This document shows, piece by piece, positions 8,422-17,702 of a stretch of DNA of 64,000 nucleotides. The stretch spans positions 96,001-160,000 of the forward strand of contig JBBTCT010000024.1 of NCBI GenBank assembly GCA_038060895.1, read 5' to 3'. The number at the start of each line of letters is the position of its first letter. Position 1 is the stretch's first letter. Made by a program: the position numbers and the translations under genes. The DNA is from Planctomycetota bacterium (lineage in GTDB: Bacteria > Planctomycetota > MHYJ01 > WSZJ01). Under the pieces are notes generated by a model. That model searched no databases and was not told the DNA's origin. It saw only the letters and a program-made list of their open reading frames with translations.

Positions 8422-9516
8422 TTACGCGGTCCACCCTTTCGACTTGGCCAGCAGGAGGACTAGCTCCCCGTCGTCCTCGGCATGGAGAGCCTCATTGAGC
8501 GTGGGCGGTGTGACGTCCCAATCGCGGGCGACGGTCTCCTTCGAGGGGGGAGGGACTTCGGTGATTCGCCTTTCCAGCCAGTCGAGGGCTGCCAGTCTGC
8601 CTTTTGCGAGGTCTTCGGATTTCCGTTCGCGGATGTACTGGAGGATCAAGGCGGCGGTTTCCTTGGCTTCCTTCGCGTCCTTCGTTTCTTTCACGTCCTC
8701 GATAGTGTCTTTGAGTTTGGTGTCTTCGTCCTCGCCGACCTGAACCTCCAAGCTCACCGTGCGCCGGGCGTGGCGACGCCGTTTGATGCATTCTCTTTTC
8801 ACTCGGTCCGCATAGGTCGCCACTTTCATGGCCAGCTTGCCGTCCTTCAGCTTGTAGTCCTTCTCGTAGCTCGCCCTGCCGTACACGTCGCAGATGATGT
8901 CCTCGATAACCGCCTCCGTGCTGGTCGGGTCAATCTCTCTGCGGTCCCCTGTCTTCGAAGGCTTGATCCGCCTGCGGTGTAGTAGCTTCTCGATTTCGCT
9001 GCGGATACCCGGCGGCCACGGAGAAGGGTTATCGGCGTCGCGGAGGAAATGCTCTTCGACAAGGGTCTCGTTCAGGATGCGGAATAGGACCTGGGTCCAG
9101 ACCCTTCGCAGAGTCGCGTGGCGTTCGGTCTTCGGTGTTGACGACATCGCGGGCCGGACCACGCCTTCAAACCAGCGGTTCATGCAGGCGGCGGCAGCCT
9201 CACAATTGATCTCGTCCGCCCGCTGCGCAGAGACGCCCGCCAATCGGATTCCCACCGAGAAGCCCGGCACCACGCCTGATTTGTCGAAGAGGTCTTTGTG
9301 ACGCCCACGGATGTGGGCCAGAATTGACTGGTACATGAGTTCCGCCTTGGCGTCTGACAGGTTGCCCTTTTCGTCGGCGGCTTCTGCGAGGTGCCCCTGC
9401 ACGTTCCAGCAAAGCCACGAGAAGATAACGTCCATCGGTTCCAGCGGCGGCATCGGCAACGGCGGTAGAGAGACTGCCCCCGGCCTGCAAAAGAGCCTGT
9501 CTTCGGTGTCTGGCAT
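8422..9516 (-). CDS. divergent sigma70-like protein
   Basis: VATYADRVKRECIKR (region 2-like), VSLEVQVGEDEDTKLKDTIED (region 3.2-like), SKETVARDWDVTPPTL (HTH); GGAGAGG RBS. Confidence 0.55.
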   Translation of the reverse strand: MPDTEDRLFCRPGAVSLPPLPMPPLEPMDVIFSWLCWNVQGHLAEAADEKGNLSDAKAELMYQSILAHIRGRHKDLFDKSGVVPGFSVGIRLAGVSAQRADEINCEAAAACMNRWFEGVVRPAMSSTPKTERHATLRRVWTQVLFRILNETLVEEHFLRDADNPSPWPPGIRSEIEKLLHRRRIKPSKTGDRREIDPTSTEAVIEDIICDVYGRASYEKDYKLKDGKLAMKVATYADRVKRECIKRRRHARRTVSLEVQVGEDEDTKLKDTIEDVKETKDAKEAKETAALILQYIRERKSEDLAKGRLAALDWLERRITEVPPPSKETVARDWDVTPPTLNEALHAEDDGELVLLLAKSKGWTA

Positions 9517-9632
9517 TTGCGTCCTCTCCCGCGAAGGCGAGCGGAGCCGCAGAGAGGTGCGGCCCACGCCCGCCGGTTAGCGCGAGGACCGTCGCCCTCG
9601 CGCAGGTCATTCTATCCGCGCCGTCGCGGCGC

Positions 9633-9665
9633 TTGGCTGCCCACGTGGTAGCCCACGGGCTGCCC
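9633..9665. repeat. putative integrase arm-type sites (right)
   Basis: TTGGCTGCCCACGTGGTAGCCCACGGGCTGCCC, three GCCC(AC)-containing units. Confidence 0.7.
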
Positions 9666-9794
9666 GATGTCGTCCGACGTCGTCCGGCGTCTTCCGCCTT
9701 CCAGCCGATCCTGCGCTTGCCGTAACCCGTGGTGATGTCGCACGTTTACGCGATCTTCCCTCGAAGTCCGGCGAACGGATTCGCGGAAGCTGAT

Positions 9795-9820
9795 TCGGAT
9801 TGTCGATCCGAAGGTTGCGG
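9795..9820 (+). repeat. att site: displaced tRNA-Asp fragment 1
   Basis: Identical to 3251-3276. Confidence 0.92.
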
Positions 9821-9866
9821 CGTCGTCCCCAGCTGTTTGCCACGGCCTTGCACTCCCGCCGTTCCT

Positions 9867-12290
9867 TCACATCGCGTCCAGAGTCTCCCGCACCCTTCTC
9901 GCCAGTCCGTCCGCGGTAAAAGGTTTCTGCAGGAAGTGCACGTCCTGGTCCAGGACACCGTGGTGGACGATGGCGTTGCTGGTGTAGCCGGAGACGTAGA
10001 GGACGGGCAAGCCGGGACGGATCTCGGACAGGCGCTTGTGGAGGTCGCGGCCGCTCAATCCCGGCATGACGACGTCGGTGACCAGGAGGCGGATGGCATC
10101 GGTGTTCTTCATGAAGACTTCGATGGCTTCCGGGCCGCTTGCCGCCTCCAGGACGACATACCCCTTGCTACGCAGGACCGCGCAAGCCAATTTTCGGACG
10201 GCAGGCTCGTCTTCCACGACCAGGATGCCCTCGGAGCCCCGGGGGACGTCGCGCGGGGCCTCCCGGTCAGGAGTGCTGGCCGCCTCCTGGACGCTCGGAA
10301 AGTAGATCTTGAAGGTCGTGCCTATTCCGGGCTCGCTGTAGACCCAGATGTTGGCGCCGCTTTGTTTCACGATGCCGTGGACGGTTGCCAATCCGAGCCC
10401 TGTGCCTTTTCCGATGACCTTGGTGGTAAAGAAAGGTTCGAAGAGGTGTTCCTGCGTATTGCGGTCCATGCCGATTCCATTGTCGCTGACGGCCAGCATG
10501 ACGTAGGAACCGGGAGCGACGGACGTGTGCGCCCGGGAGTAGGCCTCATCGAGCTGCACGTTGGCGGTTTCGAGGGTCAGTCTGCCGCCGTTGGGCATGG
10601 CGTCACGGGCGTTCACGGCGAGATTCATGATGATCTGCTCAAGCTGCCCGGGGTCGGCCTTGACGAGGTGGAGGCCGGGTGCAAGGGAACTCCTGAGGTC
10701 GACGTCTTCGCCGATGAGGCGTTTCAGGAGTTGCTCCATCTTCTGCACGATGACGTTGATGTCGATCACCTTGAGCACGAGGATCTGGTTACGGCTGAAC
10801 GCCAGGAGCTGGCGGGTCAGGTCGGCCGCCCGGTCTCCCGCGGCCAGGATTTCCTTGAGTGATTCCCGCACGGGATTCCCCTCGCGGAACTGCTCGATCA
10901 GGGTCTCGCTGTAACCATTGATTACGGTGAGAAGGTTGTTGAAGTCGTGGGCGATTCCGCCGGCCAGGCGTCCGATCGATTCGACTTTCTGCGATTGCTC
11001 CAGCTGGCCGCGGAGGCGGTGCCGGACGAGGAATTGGCCGATCTGGCTGCCCAGGTCGGCCATCATCGCCAGCATGTCTTCATCCGGCTTTTCGATCTTC
11101 CGGCTGAAGAACATCATGACGGCGGACGCCTTGTCCTCGCTCGCGACCGGGAAGGCGAACGCCCCGTGGAGATTCAGGCGCGCCGCGAGTTTCGTGCGCG
11201 GGCAGGCCGCTTCCTTGGCGACGTCCTCGAACCACATCGCCTTGCCGCTGGCCGCCACGCTTCCGGCAATGCCGGTCCCGACAGGCCATGGGGCTCCCCG
11301 GGCCGCGTTTTCGAACTCCTCCAGGTCCACGTTTGGGAGATGCCAGCCCCGCACGAACTGCATCATCTGGTCGCGGAAACTCACCGTCCAGACCTCCCCG
11401 TGGGCCCAGTTCATGCTCTCGCACACGGCCTTCAGGATCCTCGGGGCGACCTCTTCGAAGGACTCACCTTCCGAAAGGATGGCCGTGACCGCGCTGCGCG
11501 CGACGAGGCGCACCGCGTAGCGCTCGCGCTCCTCAAGCGCCGCCTCGAGCCCCGCCCGGACCTTCTCCAGGCCCTGCCGGCGCTTTCTTTCCGAAATATC
11601 GACGATGGCGGCCAGAACGAACGTCTCTCCCTCGATCGTGATCGGATTGAGTCCGATTTCCAGCGGAACTTGCGTCCCGTCCTTCCGACGCCCGTACAGG
11701 TCGCGCCCTTCTCCCATGGACCGGGGGCGCGGATTCGCAAGGAACTGGTTGCGGATCTCGACATGGGTCTTCTGGAGGCTGGCCGGCATGAGCATCTCGA
11801 TGAATTGCCCCAGCATTTCCGCGCGGGAATACCCGAAGATCTTCTCCGCCTGCGAATTGACGAAGGTGATCTTCCCGTGCCCGTCCACCAGGACCATCGC
11901 GCTCGGCGCGGCCTCCAGGATCAGCCGCACCCGGTCGTCCGCCTGCTTCCGCTCCGTCAGGTCCCTCGCTATCGCGTATAGACGAGTGGACCCGGAAGCG
12001 GGAGGTGCGACCCTCCAGGAAAGCCATCGCCACGTCCCGTCCTTGCAGCGATAGCGGTTCTCGAACTCCAGAACCGGAGCGCCCTTCGCCTGCTTTGCCG
12101 CAACGTCAATGGTCGCCTGCCGATCGTCGGGGTGGACGAAGTCGAGCCAGGGACGTGCAAGGATCTCTTCAACCGTCCACCCGAGGACCCGCTCCCAGGA
12201 GGGACTCAGTCGCTTGAAATAGCCGTCGAGATCTGCGACCGCCAGCAGATCGATGCTGTTTTCGAAAAGAACTTCAAGCTCGCCGCTCAT
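9867..12290 (-). CDS. hybrid sensor histidine kinase PAS-PAS-GAF-HisKA-HATPase-REC
   Basis: [32 protein letters not shown]; start may lie further upstream (to 12383). Confidence 0.93.
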   Translation of the reverse strand: MSGELEVLFENSIDLLAVADLDGYFKRLSPSWERVLGWTVEEILARPWLDFVHPDDRQATIDVAAKQAKGAPVLEFENRYRCKDGTWRWLSWRVAPPASGSTRLYAIARDLTERKQADDRVRLILEAAPSAMVLVDGHGKITFVNSQAEKIFGYSRAEMLGQFIEMLMPASLQKTHVEIRNQFLANPRPRSMGEGRDLYGRRKDGTQVPLEIGLNPITIEGETFVLAAIVDISERKRRQGLEKVRAGLEAALEERERYAVRLVARSAVTAILSEGESFEEVAPRILKAVCESMNWAHGEVWTVSFRDQMMQFVRGWHLPNVDLEEFENAARGAPWPVGTGIAGSVAASGKAMWFEDVAKEAACPRTKLAARLNLHGAFAFPVASEDKASAVMMFFSRKIEKPDEDMLAMMADLGSQIGQFLVRHRLRGQLEQSQKVESIGRLAGGIAHDFNNLLTVINGYSETLIEQFREGNPVRESLKEILAAGDRAADLTRQLLAFSRNQILVLKVIDINVIVQKMEQLLKRLIGEDVDLRSSLAPGLHLVKADPGQLEQIIMNLAVNARDAMPNGGRLTLETANVQLDEAYSRAHTSVAPGSYVMLAVSDNGIGMDRNTQEHLFEPFFTTKVIGKGTGLGLATVHGIVKQSGANIWVYSEPGIGTTFKIYFPSVQEAASTPDREAPRDVPRGSEGILVVEDEPAVRKLACAVLRSKGYVVLEAASGPEAIEVFMKNTDAIRLLVTDVVMPGLSGRDLHKRLSEIRPGLPVLYVSGYTSNAIVHHGVLDQDVHFLQKPFTADGLARRVRETLDAM

Positions 12291-12612
12291 GACGCCGCGC
12301 TCCAGCAGAAGTGCCATAGCAAGTCTTGCCTGCCAGCCGACTCGGGGAAGCGCAGCCCAGGTCCCTGCAAATGCGCCATCCACGAACTCTCACCACCCGC
12401 GACCCTTATACCAGACCACCCTGACATTCCACTACGCCGGGCGAAGCCCGGGCGCGCACTCTCGCCCCTGCCCGGTCAATCGACCCGCGGGCCAAACGCG
12501 GCTCGACCGAAATCTTGTCTCTACCGCAAAACCTCGCCAACTGTGTGCGCGCACGGGTGGCCACTCCTGCCCACTGGTGACCACTCATGAACTCTCCTGC
12601 CTCATCTCGCTT

Positions 12613-12641
12613 CATCGGATTGTCGATCCGAAGGTTGCGGG
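12613..12641 (+). repeat. att site: displaced tRNA-Asp fragment 2
   Basis: CATCGGATTGTCGATCCGAAGGTTGCGGG identical to 3249-3277. Confidence 0.9.
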
Positions 12642-12828
12642 GACTCCTGATCAACGCAGCTTCGCACACCCTTTCAGAGAGGGAACTTCCACGCTTTGGA
12701 ATCCGGGTCCCTGCAAGTGGTAACCTCTCTGTGGGGAGGCGGAACTTCGGGCGGCGACGAATCCTGTCGAAGCCCCGGGTACCGGAATTGGATTGTGTTT
12801 TCGGGCTCGCGCCCGGGGGAGGGCGACC

Positions 12829-14895
12829 TTGTCTCAACATCTTGACGATCGAAGCGAAATCCAGGCTTTTGTCACCGAGACCCTCCTGGACGACGTCGGC
12901 GCCATCGTCGTTCGCGTGGACTCGACCGGCAGCCGGATCATCTACGGCAGGAGCACGGAGCGGATCACGGGATACAACCGGCGCGAGCTCGCCTCCTCGA
13001 ATTGGCTTGACCTGCTTCTGCCCGAGGCGCGCTACCCTGACCTGCGGGCCGTCATGACGAAGCTGCAGGCCTCGGAAAGCGACAGGCCGCACCTCCAGCC
13101 GATCCTGATGAAATCCGGAGAGGAACGCGCGATTCTCTGGACTAACCACCTGGGCGGCGAAGGAGATCCCTTCCTCGCCCTGACGGTCGGGATCGACGAC
13201 GCCGAGCACCAGGCCGTCGTGAGGACGCTTTCTGAACGAGGCGGCCATGCACTCTTGGCGGCCGAAATCGCCACGGCGCAGGTGAGCTCGGGCACGTCGC
13301 GACAGATGTTGACCCGGGTCACCGATTCGCTGGTGCGCCATCTTGGCGCTGCGTTTGCCCGGATCTGGACGCTCGACTCGACACGGAAGGTCCTGGAGCT
13401 GCAGGCGAGCTCCGGAATGTACACGCACATCGACGGCGGACATGCCCGGGTTCCCGTCGGGCAATTCAAGATCGGCATGGTGGCCGCGGAACGGAAGCCG
13501 CACCTCACCAACAACGTCATGATCGACCCGCGCGTCAGCAACCCCGAGTGGGCCAGGAAAGAGGGAATGGTCGCCTTCGCAGGGCACCCTTTGATCGTCG
13601 GCGACGAGGTCGTTGGAGTCATGGCGCTCTTCGCCCGCAAACCGCTCAGCGACGCCACCCTGCAGGCGCTCGGGTCCGTAGCCGACATGGTCGCCCTGGG
13701 AATTCATCGAAAGTCGCTCGAGGTCCGGGAAAAGACGCTGGAAGAGAAGCTCCGGCAATCCCAGAAGATGGACGCCCTGGGCAGGCTCGCGGGCGGGGTC
13801 GCCCACGACTTCAACAACCTGCTCACCGTGATCATGGGCTATACCGAGATGCTCCACGCTTCACTCCCCTCCGCAGACCCGCGGCAGGCCGAAATGAAGC
13901 AGATCATGCAGGCGTCTGAAAGGGCTTCCTCCCTGACCCGGCAGCTCCTGGCTTTCAGCCGGAAGCGCGTCGTGCAGGCGACCCGGGTGGACCTGAACGA
14001 GGTGCTCCGCAACCTTTCGCAGATGCTTCAGCGGCTTCTCGAAGACAACCTCAAGCTGAATGTCGTCCTGGGACCGGCCCTGGAAAAGGTCCTCGCGGAT
14101 ATCGGCGGACTGGAACAGGTCGTCGTGAATCTCGTCGTGAACGCCCGCGACGCCATGGGAGGCGCAGGCACGGTTCGAATCTCTACTTCAAACGTTGACC
14201 TGGTCCCGCGAGCCGGCAGCGGACTCGAGGACCTCGCGCCAGGCAGATACGTCGAGCTATCGGTCCAGGACGAAGGTTGCGGCATGTCTCCCGAGGTACA
14301 GGCAAGGCTCTTTGAACCCTTCTTCACGACGAAGGAGCGGGGCAAGGGCACCGGACTGGGACTTTCAACGATTCACGGAATCGTCCGGCAGTGCCGGGGC
14401 GGCATCGAGGTGATCAGCGAGGTCGGGAAGGGCTCGACTTTCCGCGTCTATCTGCCCGTCGCCCCGCGGGGCGCCGGGAGCCAGGCCCCTGCGGTCGCGT
14501 CCGGCCGCGCCGGCGGCGCAGCGCACATCCTGCTCGTCGAGGACGAGCCGGCGGTCCTGCAATTCGCGAAGGTCGCCCTTTCCGGCGACGGACACCACGT
14601 ACAAACGGCAACCTCGATCGCAGAAGCCCTCGAGGTCGCCAGGACCTCGAAGGATCCGGTCGATCTTGTCATCACGGACTGCGAACTCGGGGATCTGACG
14701 GGCAGGGAGCTCATTCATACCATTCGGAGGCTGCGTCCCTCCGTGAAGGCAATCCTCATGAGCGGCTCCCCTCGTCGCGGCGAAGAACCCGATCCCCCGG
14801 GAACCCTTGAAGACGAGGTCCTGGAGAAGCCGTTCTCGGGGGCAACTCTGCGGGCGAAGGTCCGCTCGGTGCTGAGTCGGGCCCATCGTCAGTAA
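12829..14895 (+). CDS. hybrid sensor histidine kinase PAS-GAF-HisKA-HATPase-REC
   Basis: [23 protein letters not shown]; TTG start after G-rich RBS. Confidence 0.92.
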   Translation: MSQHLDDRSEIQAFVTETLLDDVGAIVVRVDSTGSRIIYGRSTERITGYNRRELASSNWLDLLLPEARYPDLRAVMTKLQASESDRPHLQPILMKSGEERAILWTNHLGGEGDPFLALTVGIDDAEHQAVVRTLSERGGHALLAAEIATAQVSSGTSRQMLTRVTDSLVRHLGAAFARIWTLDSTRKVLELQASSGMYTHIDGGHARVPVGQFKIGMVAAERKPHLTNNVMIDPRVSNPEWARKEGMVAFAGHPLIVGDEVVGVMALFARKPLSDATLQALGSVADMVALGIHRKSLEVREKTLEEKLRQSQKMDALGRLAGGVAHDFNNLLTVIMGYTEMLHASLPSADPRQAEMKQIMQASERASSLTRQLLAFSRKRVVQATRVDLNEVLRNLSQMLQRLLEDNLKLNVVLGPALEKVLADIGGLEQVVVNLVVNARDAMGGAGTVRISTSNVDLVPRAGSGLEDLAPGRYVELSVQDEGCGMSPEVQARLFEPFFTTKERGKGTGLGLSTIHGIVRQCRGGIEVISEVGKGSTFRVYLPVAPRGAGSQAPAVASGRAGGAAHILLVEDEPAVLQFAKVALSGDGHHVQTATSIAEALEVARTSKDPVDLVITDCELGDLTGRELIHTIRRLRPSVKAILMSGSPRRGEEPDPPGTLEDEVLEKPFSGATLRAKVRSVLSRAHRQ

Positions 14896-15027
14896 ATTGG
14901 CAGGAGCGCTTCGGTCGGCTCACGGGACGACGCATCGCCGGGGCCTGCCACTCGCGCGCGATTTCCGGCGAGAATTCATCCGCGCTGCTTAGAATCTCCA
15001 CACGGCCTGAGTTCGGAGACCAGGGGC

Positions 15028-16455
15028 ATGGCACCGACGCATGTGCTCGTCGTGGACGACGAACCCACGATTCTGGCGCTGTTGAAACTCTCCCTGTCCA
15101 AAGCCGGCGCTCTCGTCGAGGTCGCCGACGGTCCCGCGGCGATCCGGCTCCTGGGCGAGCGCGCGTTCGACTTCGTCCTCTCCGACACGCAGATGCCCGG
15201 GGCTGACGGGCTCGAGGTCCTCGAAGCCGCGAAACGCCTGTGCCCGAACGCGACGCGCGTGCTGATGTCCGGCGATCCCGGCGCGCTGGCACGCGGAGAA
15301 GACCCCGATTCGCCGGCTCAGCACCTCCTGGCCAAACCGATCGACCTCGGCCGTTTACACCGGCTCCTTCAAGCCAGCACCCGCCCGGCCTTCCGCCCGG
15401 ACGAACTCCTGGAATCCATTCGCCGGCGCTACTCGAGCTCGTCGGACGCCGTCTTCGTCAAGGACACGAAGGGCCTGTACCTCTTCATGAATACGACCGG
15501 CGCCTCGCTCCTGCTGCGTCTCGTGCCGGAGATCGTGGGGCGGCTGGACTCCGAGATTTTCGACAGGGCGACGCTGATCGAAGAAGTGCGCGCGTCGGAC
15601 CAGGAGGTCCTACGCAGGCGCCGTCACTATCTTTACGTCAACGCGACGCGCAACCCGGGCACCGCGCGGACGTTTCTGAGCGCGAAGTTGCCGGTGTTCG
15701 ATGCGCGCGGCGAGATCCGCGCGATCGGTTGCCTGAGCCGGGACGTCACGGAGCTGATGGGGCCCGACCCGGGAGATCGATCGGAGCAGATCGACGCGCT
15801 TCTGCGGGACCTGCAAGAAGCGTCCTCGATCCTCGCGGCCGGCGCGAACGCGATCGCGATCGAGCGGCAGGAGGTCGAGCGCTGCCTCCAGGAGCCGCGG
15901 GAAGAGAAGGCGATGACCGGGACGCGGGGGCACGGACAGAGAATCGGGACCCCCGGCGATCCGGGGGCCCCGATGGCGCAATTACCTGCCGATCCGGATC
16001 GTCACTCCCAGGTGGCCGTGGCCGTGGCTCGTGTGCCGGTGAGTCGCCGCGTGAATGTGCCAGCCGCCGTTATGAAAAAAGTGCCCGCAGCCGGCGCGGT
16101 GGACGTGACCGGCGTGGTGAACCCAGCGCGCGCCGTCCCACGAGTGGCCGCAGTGGGCATCGTGGACGTGGCCGTGGGTGACGTGGACGCCGTGGTGGCC
16201 GTGACCAGCGATCGCGTAGACGTGGTGCGCGGGGTGAAGGTGCCAGCCGCCGCTGTGGTAATAGTGCCCGCACCCCGGGCCGTGGCGATGCCGGTTGATG
16301 ACGATCCACGCACCTCCGTCCCAGCAATGCCCGCAGCCGTCGTCGTGGACGTGCACGCCGCCGCCACCCCCACCGGTGTGGTGAACGTGACGGACGCAAC
16401 CCGTAACGGCGTAAGCGAGGATGAGCGCAATGAACAGGACTCGCATGAGCGATAA
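15028..16455 (+). CDS. response regulator REC + PAS domain; the frame beyond ~15910 is probably read-through
   Basis: VLVVDDE, VLSDTQMPG, LAKP; VFVKDTKGLY PAS; last ~180 codons are antisense to the His-rich gene. Confidence 0.7.
   Translation: MAPTHVLVVDDEPTILALLKLSLSKAGALVEVADGPAAIRLLGERAFDFVLSDTQMPGADGLEVLEAAKRLCPNATRVLMSGDPGALARGEDPDSPAQHLLAKPIDLGRLHRLLQASTRPAFRPDELLESIRRRYSSSSDAVFVKDTKGLYLFMNTTGASLLLRLVPEIVGRLDSEIFDRATLIEEVRASDQEVLRRRRHYLYVNATRNPGTARTFLSAKLPVFDARGEIRAIGCLSRDVTELMGPDPGDRSEQIDALLRDLQEASSILAAGANAIAIERQEVERCLQEPREEKAMTGTRGHGQRIGTPGDPGAPMAQLPADPDRHSQVAVAVARVPVSRRVNVPAAVMKKVPAAGAVDVTGVVNPARAVPRVAAVGIVDVAVGDVDAVVAVTSDRVDVVRGVKVPAAAVVIVPAPRAVAMPVDDDPRTSVPAMPAAVVVDVHAAATPTGVVNVTDATRNGVSEDERNEQDSHER
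15943..15974 (-). terminator. hairpin terminator of the His-rich gene
   Basis: ATCGGGACCCCCGG-CGAT-CCGGGGGCCCCGAT just past the stop at 15982. Confidence 0.6.
15982..16446 (-). CDS. His/Cys-rich repeat lipoprotein, putative metal binder
   Basis: Signal peptide with lipobox VTGC; four HxHxxxCGH units each followed by a Trp-containing motif; GGAGG RBS. Confidence 0.8.
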   Translation of the reverse strand: MRVLFIALILAYAVTGCVRHVHHTGGGGGGVHVHDDGCGHCWDGGAWIVINRHRHGPGCGHYYHSGGWHLHPAHHVYAIAGHGHHGVHVTHGHVHDAHCGHSWDGARWVHHAGHVHRAGCGHFFHNGGWHIHAATHRHTSHGHGHLGVTIRIGR

Positions 16456-16568
16456 CCTCCGTTGGAATTTGGCGCGGATTTCGGTCGACGTCAGGGAAGC
16501 GGTCATTCTACCCCGGGGACTTCGTATTACCTTTTGGGATCCGGCCGGGCCCGGCGTAACCTCCTCCC

Positions 16569-17702
16569 ATGAAGCTCGCCCTTCGACTCGCCCTTGTCAC
16601 CGGCATGCTCGGAGCACTCATCGGGTTCCTGGTCGCGCGCAAACGGTTCGCGACGACCCCTGGCTCGACGGACCCCGCTTCCGCGAACAACGCTCCGGAC
16701 GGCGGGAAGGAATCTCCAGGGGGGGACGAGCTGAAGCGCCGGACGGAAGAACTCGCGCGCTCGCAGCAGGAAGCGGCGGCGCTCCGCAGGCAACTCGAGG
16801 CGGCGCAGAAGAGCGACGGCGCGAAGTCGGCGACGCCGGAGGAAATCGCGGCGCAGGTGAAAGGACTGCGCTCGCGCAAGGCGGCGCTGCTCGAGGCAAG
16901 GGACGGCATGGGGCTGCTGCGGCTGATGCAGGAATTCGCGGCGCTGGGCGAGGCGGGGTACGCGGACGCGATGGAGATTTCAGGACTGCTGCGGGAGGAT
17001 CTGCGGGGGAAGAACAAGAAGTTCGGGATCAGCCGGTCGGACTATTTCCGCGCGGTCGGGAGCTCGATGGTGCCGCTGATGAAATGGGCGCTCGCGAATC
17101 CGGACAAGGCGCCCGCGGCGTTCCGGCTGGACGCGGCCGGATTACTGCGCTGGCAGGACCTGGAAGCCGGGCCGGCCTACCTGGAAGCGCTGAAGATCGA
17201 GACGGACGCGCGCGTCGCGGCGGAGATGGCGCGCGCGCTTCGCGGCATGCAGAAACCGGAGATGGCCGCCGACCTCGTCGCGGCAGCGCGCTTCCAGGCC
17301 GCGAATCCGGACGCGCTTCGGCGCCTGCTCGACGCCATTTCCGGGCTGCCGTCTCCAGAGGCGGACGCGGCGCTCCTGGGGCTCGGCTCCGACCCGAACC
17401 CGATCCTCCGGGAAGAAGCCTCTCTCGCGTACACGGCCCTGAACCCCCCGGCGCCCGGCGTGTTGATCACGACGCTGGTCCCCGGCTCGCAGGCGGACCT
17501 GACGGGACTGAAGCGCGGCGACGTCATCGTGTCCTACGACGGTCACGACCTGGGTTCGTTCAAGCAGCTCCGCAACGAAGTCTCGAAGAAGGACCCGGAC
17601 TCGCTGACCAGCATCGTGGTCAATCGCAACGGCCAGCTCGTCACGCTTCAGCTCAAGGGCGGAAAAATCGGCGTGAACGGCAACTACGTGAAGCCGAAAT
17701 AA
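16569..17702 (+). CDS. membrane-anchored coiled-coil/HEAT-like protein with C-terminal PDZ domain
   Basis: N-terminal TM; VPGSQADLTGLKRGDVIVSYDG. Confidence 0.82.
   Translation: MKLALRLALVTGMLGALIGFLVARKRFATTPGSTDPASANNAPDGGKESPGGDELKRRTEELARSQQEAAALRRQLEAAQKSDGAKSATPEEIAAQVKGLRSRKAALLEARDGMGLLRLMQEFAALGEAGYADAMEISGLLREDLRGKNKKFGISRSDYFRAVGSSMVPLMKWALANPDKAPAAFRLDAAGLLRWQDLEAGPAYLEALKIETDARVAAEMARALRGMQKPEMAADLVAAARFQAANPDALRRLLDAISGLPSPEADAALLGLGSDPNPILREEASLAYTALNPPAPGVLITTLVPGSQADLTGLKRGDVIVSYDGHDLGSFKQLRNEVSKKDPDSLTSIVVNRNGQLVTLQLKGGKIGVNGNYVKPK

Larger units (their letters stand above)
3251..9820. mobile_element. tRNA-Asp-integrated satellite-like island (int, RHH, xis-like, primase-helicase, sigma-like)
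   Basis: 26-bp direct repeat TCGGATTGTCGATCCGAAGGTTGCGG at 3251-3276 and 9795-9820; integrase next to the tRNA; matching arm-type repeats near both ends. Confidence 0.9.
9821..12641. mobile_element. second, integrase-less tandem island carrying a hybrid kinase
   Basis: Bounded by tRNA fragments 9795-9820 and 12613-12641; 10-bp-period repeats at 12556-12585. Confidence 0.65.

Noticed and set aside
3410-9516. Full prophage or ICE
   Set aside because: No capsid, terminase, tail, lysis, relaxase or T4SS genes between the att sites
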